From a virus, in the IMG/VR virus record IMGVR_UViG_3300018080_000112, positions 64,001 through 128,000 of that record: a stretch of 64,000 nt of DNA; one strand, given 5' to 3'. Below the pieces are notes generated by a model. The model was not told the DNA's origin and searched no databases. It was given only the letters and a program-made list of their open reading frames with translations. Shown here one piece after another: positions 48,660-55,979 of this stretch (the stretch's first letter is position 1; each line of letters opens with the position of its first letter). Both the position numbers and the translations under genes were made by a program.

Positions 48660-48914
48660 CTTTGTTCTCCCCTGAACAAGTTGAAAGTTTGTCTGATTGT
48701 CTCTTGTTGTACCAGCACACAAAAAACCACCAAACAGGAAAGGTCAACACGCCGATAGAAAACAAGCTCATCGCCGCTGTTTTCTTTGTCATATCAAAAA
48801 GGGTTGACCAAAATAGTTTTCCGCACCGAACAACTTGCCGCGACAGCGGTCGTTCCTTGGCGGTGTTTCTCTGCGAATAAAAAGAGTACATTCGTCACTC
48901 CCCTGACCTGTACT

Positions 48915-49124
48915 TCACCAGTCGGAATTCTCTTCTCGCTTCTTGATCGAAGAATGCAAGCGCTTCCGTTTGCTGTTTCCTCGAATCTGATTCGGTGGAA
49001 TTCCCAAAAGCTGACACGCGGTGTCTCTATCCAACACACCCAAACGCTTCAACTCCAGAATCTTGTCTTCATCGAACTCAAGATCATTCGCGAACCGTTT
49101 TGTTTGCAACTCATAAAAAACCAT
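48915..49124 (-). CDS. 69-aa protein with shared C-terminal tag
   Basis: Ends KRKRLHSSIKKREENSDW; AAGGA RBS and motif B element at 49163. Confidence 0.7.
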   Translation of the reverse strand: MVFYELQTKRFANDLEFDEDKILELKRLGVLDRDTACQLLGIPPNQIRGNSKRKRLHSSIKKREENSDW

Positions 49125-49246
49125 TTGTTTACTGTCCTTCTATTACTCAAAACTACTATCTATAGAGACACACATTTCTCCAAAAATACACCAGTAGAAG
49201 ATAAACAATCAAACAATTAAAAGAAATGAGTAAGGAAAAGGAGGGA

Positions 49247-49582
49247 TTATCGACCGGCGCAGATACGGTAAGAAGTGCCCAGAATCATCTCCATATCACA
49301 ACGGTCACAACCATGCGACCGTACCGTATTTCCAGGATAATGAAGCGCGTCATGAGACCACCCTTGGAGTGTCGCCAACCTCTTTGCGGAACTCGTAGAC
49401 GAAAGAGATACAATATCCGGCTCAACCACTGCGATGTGTTTATATCCGACCATGCTCCGATACAACAACTCTATCGTAATTCTCTCGTGCTTTGTAAGAT
49501 CATCCACTTCGTACTTCTCTCCCTCTGTAAAGACAAAGAGAGTTTGACGCATAAGCTCTCGGGTCCACTTTGGAGGAGACAT
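49247..49582 (-). CDS. hypothetical protein
   Basis: AGGAG RBS before MSPPKW. Confidence 0.5.
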   Translation of the reverse strand: MSPPKWTRELMRQTLFVFTEGEKYEVDDLTKHERITIELLYRSMVGYKHIAVVEPDIVSLSSTSSAKRLATLQGWSHDALHYPGNTVRSHGCDRCDMEMILGTSYRICAGR

Positions 49583-49590
49583 TTCGGCTC

Positions 49591-50352
49591 CTATAAGCTT
49601 CGAAGATCCGCTTTGATCGCCATGTTGCCAGGTTGTTGCTCTCCGATCACCTTCACTGTGAGTTCGTAGCCCCACCAACGCACGGTCCCGTGGGGAAACA
49701 TTGTACGACGCATCTCCGCCGCTGCCTTGTCATCCTGAACATACACGTACAGCGCACCCGGTTCATTGGGCTTGTCCGCAACACCGACCGTGAAAGAACC
49801 AGGGGACCATCCCTTTTCTGTTTCGATGTACTGATGAAGGTCCACACACGCATCTGATAACCCCGTGTTTTCCACAGGTTGTGATACAGGAGCGGACTTC
49901 ACTTGAAGCATGAGATCACCGAACATATCAACGGCTTGACCCAAAACATCCGCGACCTCTTCCTGTTCCGCCCCCTCCCGGACCATCTTCAAGGCTTGTT
50001 GCAGTGTGTAATCCACGTCCGCCTCGTTAGGAGCCGCAAAGGAGAGAAATTCATGAATCCAGTACTCCGCAGACTCGTGGTCCGCTGCAACCTCAGAAGC
50101 AAAGTTGACCAACGCCCACTTGAGTGTCTTCATCCACCGCACAGCGGTCTTGATAAACTCCGCCGCTGCAGGGGAGTTCGAACACGTGGTTGGTAGCTTC
50201 GAGACAATATCTTGCGCTTCGTACTCACAAGCCTTCAAAAAAGCGACAGCACTATCCGGGCTGAGCAATTCATTGGACAGATCTCCAGCTTGTGTTTGAG
50301 GCTCATCCTGTGATTCCATTTCTCTTTTCGCGTCCGTTGCCATATCTGACAT
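49591..50352 (-). CDS. hypothetical protein
   Basis: AGGAG RBS before MSDMA. Confidence 0.6.
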   Translation of the reverse strand: MSDMATDAKREMESQDEPQTQAGDLSNELLSPDSAVAFLKACEYEAQDIVSKLPTTCSNSPAAAEFIKTAVRWMKTLKWALVNFASEVAADHESAEYWIHEFLSFAAPNEADVDYTLQQALKMVREGAEQEEVADVLGQAVDMFGDLMLQVKSAPVSQPVENTGLSDACVDLHQYIETEKGWSPGSFTVGVADKPNEPGALYVYVQDDKAAAEMRRTMFPHGTVRWWGYELTVKVIGEQQPGNMAIKADLRSL

Positions 50353-50408
50353 TTTTGTGTCTCCTTCTTTCAGTGGCACAGTGCGCCACAAACGAATGTG
50401 AAAGTGTT

Positions 50409-51125
50409 TCATGTCTGGTACATATTGCGCCAGACTTCCCTTGTTTTCTTGAACTCCAATGAGAACGCTTCACTATCATCCGGGTCACCACAAAGAGACC
50501 ACACCTCTTCTTCGCTTCCCAGATTCTTAATCATTTGCTTGAGTAGCTTCCCGTCATACTCCAGCAAAAACTCTCGGTCACTCTCCGTGGGATCGATGCG
50601 CTTGTCACAAGCACCAGGATGAACAGAAAACGCAGGTTCATCCCCTTCCTCCTTCATCTTCTTCCACCACGTATAACGACGCACCGCCCACATGCTTGCA
50701 AGCTGGCTGAAGGTAGGAGCCTCTTGTTTATGGTCATTGATCCAGTAGAACTGTGCCTCCAGATAGTCTTGAAAGGTCGCGTCAACCATCTCAGCTTGCG
50801 CCACAGCACGACAAAGACAACCCATGATCGATTTGTTTGTTTCCATCTTTCGGCGCATATTCATCTCGTAGGGTCTGCGATAATAGCGAGCGTACAACTT
50901 CGCATAAATCGAACCCATCTGATCAGCCTTCTGGTACTTCACCCGGCTGGCATCATCAAGGGGCAAAAGACGCTTGCCACAGACCTGGCGAACCATTTCC
51001 TCTCTGTCCTGAGAACGACCGCGCCGCGCCTTCTTACTGCGCCGATAATGCTTCTCCTGGTCTCGCTTGACAACCACCATTGGTTCAGGAGCCTGTCGCG
51101 GTGGTTTGCCGACATTACTCATCAT
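50409..51125 (-). CDS. hypothetical protein (basic N-terminus)
   Basis: Start MMSNVGKP overlaps the upstream stop. Confidence 0.6.
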   Translation of the reverse strand: MMSNVGKPPRQAPEPMVVVKRDQEKHYRRSKKARRGRSQDREEMVRQVCGKRLLPLDDASRVKYQKADQMGSIYAKLYARYYRRPYEMNMRRKMETNKSIMGCLCRAVAQAEMVDATFQDYLEAQFYWINDHKQEAPTFSQLASMWAVRRYTWWKKMKEEGDEPAFSVHPGACDKRIDPTESDREFLLEYDGKLLKQMIKNLGSEEEVWSLCGDPDDSEAFSLEFKKTREVWRNMYQT

Positions 51126-51531
51126 TCGCCGCCGCCTCTTTCTCTTTGTCAGTAGACAGCGCCTCTCGGTCATACAGTTCCTCTTGTAGCGGAACCATAA
51201 AGTGAGGCATCGCCAGCAAAAAGAACTCCACATCATCAATCTGGATAAAGAACCCGTACATGGAACAACGAAACTGTTCGACACCGGCGGTCTCATACCA
51301 GTACGGGTCCTCTTTCAAGCGCTTCATACCGCGAAGAAGACCAGACTGCGAGACCATCATCTTCGCCACAAACGCCGCCATTCCGAACTCCCCAAGAGCG
51401 TCTGCGCCGGACCTCATAATCTCTTTGACGCCTTCTTCTGTCTCCAGCTTCCGTTTTAGCTCTTCCTCTGTCATGGTCGAATCCTTCAACTCGATGTTAG
51501 GACCTAACCCTTCTTTTTCAGCCATCACCAT
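51115..51531 (-). CDS. hypothetical protein
   Basis: Operon position; contains a palindrome copy encoding LGPN. Confidence 0.6.
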   Translation of the reverse strand: MVMAEKEGLGPNIELKDSTMTEEELKRKLETEEGVKEIMRSGADALGEFGMAAFVAKMMVSQSGLLRGMKRLKEDPYWYETAGVEQFRCSMYGFFIQIDDVEFFLLAMPHFMVPLQEELYDREALSTDKEKEAAANDE

Positions 51532-52001
51532 CCCCTTTCCTGAAATATTGCATCCCTTGCTTCTGTCAGCTTTTTCGCCGTTTCTTCATCACCACCGTGG
51601 TCCGGGTGATGTTTGCGCATCAGCGCGGTGTACGCCGCCTTAATCACCTCTTTTGGCGCGTCCTGGTTCACATACAAAACAGAATAAAAGTCATCAGAGA
51701 CAGATGGAATTGACACACCGGGAGAACGAAAACTCGGGTCTTGCTGGTGTGGTTTCCCTTGCGCACGGTCAAAAGGAGACTCATATCGAACAGCCCACGA
51801 AGCATAAATGAATCGAGACTCAATTTCCCTTTTCAACGACCGGTGAAAATACCACAGCTTCAACTCCGAGTCATACCGTCTCTTTTTCGGTTCTTGTCGG
51901 AGCGCCCACGAGGACCAAATCGGTGCGCCTGGTATCGGGACTGACACAGCCAACCACCCCGCTTTACCAGGAGCATCCCAGATGTAACCGATCAAGCTCA
52001 C
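51525..52001 (-). CDS. J-domain co-chaperone
   Basis: FYSVL...IKAAY..L.RKHHPDHGGD...LTEA. Confidence 0.85.
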   Translation of the reverse strand: MSLIGYIWDAPGKAGWLAVSVPIPGAPIWSSWALRQEPKKRRYDSELKLWYFHRSLKREIESRFIYASWAVRYESPFDRAQGKPHQQDPSFRSPGVSIPSVSDDFYSVLYVNQDAPKEVIKAAYTALMRKHHPDHGGDEETAKKLTEARDAIFQERGW

Positions 52002-52004
52002 CGC

Positions 52005-52712
52005 TTACTCTCCTTCTTTGTCATGCACCTGAATTGTACCGCCGTGACCAACCGTCAGAGTCCGGCGAACACCAGCGTCTGCGTTCTGTTGTGGTGGTCC
52101 CTCTTGTGGGGGTGCCCCTTGCGGCGATTCGATCAAGGACATCTGATTCTCCGGAGTTTGACTCTCTTGTTCTGTGGTCGCCACGGGCGCTCTTGCTGGT
52201 GTGCGGTCTGCAATCTTCGGTGTAGCCGCCTTCTTCGTGGACTTCTTTGGAGACTTTCGTTTCTTTGCGGGTGCCTTCACTGGTTCCGGTGGTGGTTCTT
52301 GACGCAACACCACACCCGCCGGAAGATTAATCCGCTTCAAGAACAAGCTTCCATCCTCCAGCATGCGACAAATGAAGGTCTCAGGTACTTCAAAAGAGAT
52401 ATCACCGGTCTCTTTCAGAAAGTGTAACGTGTCAACCCATCCATCAACCATCCGTTGTGCTTCGGCTTGTGGGATCTCGATCAAACCACCAAATCCGGGG
52501 TTCAACACAGCGCGATCAACAGCCGCAAACAAGTTGGTCAACTCGTTGCCTATGCCTGTCCTGACTTGGTCGTCTATCGCCTCCGTGGACGCTCTGAGCA
52601 TAGAAGAAAGATCCGCTGAGACCTCTTCCAAAGCTTCCGCATTTTCCTCATCAAACATTTGGGTCTGTTTTTCGTTCGCCGTTCTATGATTGTTGTCACT
52701 ACCCTTGGTCAT
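52005..52712 (-). CDS. hypothetical protein
   Basis: 235-aa ORF, GAGG RBS. Confidence 0.6.
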   Translation of the reverse strand: MTKGSDNNHRTANEKQTQMFDEENAEALEEVSADLSSMLRASTEAIDDQVRTGIGNELTNLFAAVDRAVLNPGFGGLIEIPQAEAQRMVDGWVDTLHFLKETGDISFEVPETFICRMLEDGSLFLKRINLPAGVVLRQEPPPEPVKAPAKKRKSPKKSTKKAATPKIADRTPARAPVATTEQESQTPENQMSLIESPQGAPPQEGPPQQNADAGVRRTLTVGHGGTIQVHDKEGE

Positions 52713-52724
52713 CCTCTGAACTCC

Positions 52725-54290
52725 CTATCCTGGAATGATGTTAAAACAGTTCTGTTCCTTATAGATCTTCAACCGAATCAAGGAATGTTTCGCCAGCGTT
52801 CTGTGTTGACCATCTGCAAAATCCACAAGGACAAGGTCATCACCACGGAGACCACGCCCAAACCGCTGCAAGACTCCGATCACGGATTTACCAGCCGCTG
52901 CATTGATCACCACGTCAATATCCGGCAAATCAACACCTTGCTGGAAGATATCACTTGCCAACAAAACACGCAACTTTCCTTCTCTAAAAGAAGATAACGC
53001 TTCCTCTCGTTCCTCCAAGCTCGACTCACCATCCAACTTTGTATGAGCTATGAAGGTCTCTTCTTCATCCTTGTCTTTCTCGGTCCACAACATAGTGGAG
53101 AGACGATCCCCGTGGGGAATACTCTTAAACAACACAAGGATCTTTTTCCCTTGCTCATAATAGTCCTGAACAAGGCGAGTAATACGGCGGTTTCGTGGCT
53201 CATACCAAACAATCCCGCGATCATACACATCATTCCAATTGCGGGGGTCACCGCCAGATGATCCGCCGATTTGAATGAGCATGATAGTTGCTTCTGGAAT
53301 AACACCCGCCTCCACCATCTCTTTGTTTGTAGACCGGTGAACAATGTCACCGAATCCAGCTATAACCTTGAGATTAGAAGCGTCCGGTCGGTCCAAGGGT
53401 GTACCACTCATACAGACCCGATAATACGACGGACAAGACATGATGAGATTGTACGCTCCTTTTGCGGCGGACCCGTGACCTTCATCGAAAATGAACAGTT
53501 CAACCTTGTCCAGAAAAGCGAGCAAATCTTTGTGGTTCTGGTGAGCTTTTTTCTTGAGAATATTGGTCATTGTGGTAAGACCAGCCACCGTGATGAAACC
53601 CGTCCGGAAATCCCCCTCAACGCAATCTTGAACTGTCAATGAGTGCTCGTCTAGCCAAGGACCCAAACGGGTCTCAAAACGCTTCTTTGTCTGTTTAACG
53701 AGCGAATTTCCGTACACCACAAAGAGAGTCCGCATCCCCATCCGACCAATCAGACCAGCCGCCGCCTCTGTCTTACCGCTTCCTGTCGCCGCCCACCAAA
53801 TACCTGTACCAGGAACACGATAGGAGGAAACACGACCAACACGCGCCGTTAGATGCTCCCGGTCTTCCTCAGAAAGAGTCAGCAAAGGGAAATCAACCGT
53901 ATCCTCTACAGATCGCCGAATGGAAGCAACCATGTCCTCCTGATAATCACGCAACGCTTCAATACCTGAAAGAGTCTCTGTGGGGGGATATCGTGACTCT
54001 GGCTTGTCCCGGAGATCAATCACCACATACAGCGCCTTGATCACATTCAGCGTTGACACAACATGGGGAACCAGACCCGTGGGGAAGATGAACTCTTTGT
54101 TGTAATCTTGACTCTGACCCAACCGCTCGTAACCATCCCATTTTCCTCTGATATAGGCGTCTGTAAAAGCATAACCATCCTTACGGAAAGAGGTCGCCAT
54201 CTTCAGCGCTTCATAAACGTGTGGTGGGAATTGTTGGCGAGGGGAGTGATAGATTCGACTATAGTGATTCAAGATGTCTATAATAAACAT
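52725..54290 (-). CDS. SF2 helicase, UvsW-like
   Basis: LRDYQ, ATGSGKT, FDEGH, SGTP, QGVDLP, QRFGRGLR. Confidence 0.88.
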   Translation of the reverse strand: MFIIDILNHYSRIYHSPRQQFPPHVYEALKMATSFRKDGYAFTDAYIRGKWDGYERLGQSQDYNKEFIFPTGLVPHVVSTLNVIKALYVVIDLRDKPESRYPPTETLSGIEALRDYQEDMVASIRRSVEDTVDFPLLTLSEEDREHLTARVGRVSSYRVPGTGIWWAATGSGKTEAAAGLIGRMGMRTLFVVYGNSLVKQTKKRFETRLGPWLDEHSLTVQDCVEGDFRTGFITVAGLTTMTNILKKKAHQNHKDLLAFLDKVELFIFDEGHGSAAKGAYNLIMSCPSYYRVCMSGTPLDRPDASNLKVIAGFGDIVHRSTNKEMVEAGVIPEATIMLIQIGGSSGGDPRNWNDVYDRGIVWYEPRNRRITRLVQDYYEQGKKILVLFKSIPHGDRLSTMLWTEKDKDEEETFIAHTKLDGESSLEEREEALSSFREGKLRVLLASDIFQQGVDLPDIDVVINAAAGKSVIGVLQRFGRGLRGDDLVLVDFADGQHRTLAKHSLIRLKIYKEQNCFNIIPG

Positions 54291-54310
54291 GTATCTCCTC
54301 GAATAAAGGA

Positions 54311-54374
54311 AAATTCAAGAGCCGGTGCGAAGATAACTTATTAGTGGGGAGCAGCGCACCGACTCCTGAATTTT
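54311..54374 (-). other. 20-bp intergenic RNA stem-loop
   Basis: AAAATTCAGGAGTCGGTGCG / CGCACCGGCTCTTGAATTTT; both mismatches are G-U pairs on the minus strand. Confidence 0.65.
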
Positions 54375-54382
54375 CGTGAACA

Positions 54383-55264
54383 TTACCAGTCAGATTCCTC
54401 TTCTCGCCGCCGCATGGACTCCTTCAACTTTTGCTTCTTTTCCTCTTTCGTCAAGCGACCTTTACGCGCCTTTTTCATTGAAGCTTTCGACTTCGCCTTG
54501 ACCTCTTCCTGTGCTGGTGTGAGTTCCGGTTTGGGCTGAGCCGCCGGTTTCGGTGTAGGCTCTGGTGTCGGTTCTGGTTCTGGCTCTGACGCCAGACTGG
54601 TTGTGTGCTTCCTTGGCTTACCCACGGTCTTTGGTTTCGGCTTACCCGCCTTTGGTGCAGACGGCGGTGACACGGTGTGTCCCAATCCCGTCAAGATCTC
54701 TTCAAGACCCGCCACACTACTGATCTTCGGCATGTGAAGATCTTCCGGCAACGGAAGCGAACCAGGTAACTCCGGAAGCGTCTCCGCCACATCTAACATC
54801 ACATTGGCAAGAACACACTCTTCTGTGTACTTCTGGCGCACCTTGCTCTGCGTCCGCAAGTCAAAAATCTCTGTGATATCTTCCTCTTTATCCGAATAGG
54901 AAGACACAATCGCAGATGTACCGTGAACGTTAGTCCAACCAGTCAGCAACGCAAACAGGTCTTTCTTGATATGTGACGCCAGCTTTACAACGGCAACCCA
55001 CCACTCTGCAGACCACTTTTTCATCCCCTTGAAAGCAACTATCTCCACCGGCTTGTGTGTCTTTAGTGCTTCTATTACCATTCGAGCTTGTTCGCTTCGT
55101 TCGTGCCCCTTAATAGAATTGATAGTGAACGCCAGATCCATCTCCGGCAATTCATTCTCAACGCAAGCCTCCAAAATAAAGTGAGCTTGCGACATTAGGT
55201 TCTTGATTGCTTCTTCCTCATATTTTAACTGTGTCCTGATCATTCCGTTTTCTCCTGCTCCCAT
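54383..55264 (-). CDS. hypothetical protein with Pro-rich linker and shared C-terminal tag
   Basis: Ends KKQKLKESMRRREEESDW; both motif A and motif B upstream. Confidence 0.7.
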   Translation of the reverse strand: MGAGENGMIRTQLKYEEEAIKNLMSQAHFILEACVENELPEMDLAFTINSIKGHERSEQARMVIEALKTHKPVEIVAFKGMKKWSAEWWVAVVKLASHIKKDLFALLTGWTNVHGTSAIVSSYSDKEEDITEIFDLRTQSKVRQKYTEECVLANVMLDVAETLPELPGSLPLPEDLHMPKISSVAGLEEILTGLGHTVSPPSAPKAGKPKPKTVGKPRKHTTSLASEPEPEPTPEPTPKPAAQPKPELTPAQEEVKAKSKASMKKARKGRLTKEEKKQKLKESMRRREEESDW

Positions 55265-55447
55265 GATTCTTACCTCACAGTGTTAGAGACACACTTTTTT
55301 CCAAAAACACACCACTAAACAACAAAAAAGTTTTAATGTCGTTGCCCCGTGGGTGATTCCAGACATTACGAAGGAACCACAAAAAAATGAGGGCAAGACT
55401 TTTTTCTGACTGTTGCGTTTTCAGAAATGAGGAAAATCAAACATGAA

Positions 55448-55918
55448 TCAGAGGATAGACGAAAGGTCACACCGGATCGGTTCTGCGCCTTGCATCACCA
55501 AATTCAGACCATCATAATTGACCCGCAAAAGTCGCAACCGATAATCATCCGGAACATGAATCGCCATAATTCGAGGGACGGTAGTCTTCACCTCTTTCAC
55601 ACCGGCGCTCTGAAGGATCTCTTTCTTCGGCATACGCCGAACAAGGTCCTTCTCTTCCCGCCGAAACAGGATAAATATCTGCGTCAGCTTTCGTTGCGAA
55701 AAGAGTGCATGACACCGCTGAGCCAGCTTAATCATACAACCATAGTTGCATGTACAAGTTCGCTCTTCCTCCAAACAAATCATCGCGGGAGTCTGGGGGT
55801 GGTCTTTTCGCCAGAGGAGATCTTCTGGCAAAATATCTTTGAGACCCACAAGTAACGTATGATTCTTTATGATGTGACAGGGGATTTGACCCAATTGGGC
55901 GACCTCAATTCGAGGCAT
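55448..55918 (-). CDS. hypothetical protein
   Basis: AGGAGG RBS. Confidence 0.6.
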   Translation of the reverse strand: MPRIEVAQLGQIPCHIIKNHTLLVGLKDILPEDLLWRKDHPQTPAMICLEEERTCTCNYGCMIKLAQRCHALFSQRKLTQIFILFRREEKDLVRRMPKKEILQSAGVKEVKTTVPRIMAIHVPDDYRLRLLRVNYDGLNLVMQGAEPIRCDLSSIL

Positions 55919-55979
55919 GATTTCCTCCTTGCAGACCTACCAAAAAGAAAGGTTAGGTCCTAACAATCAACCGAAAAGA

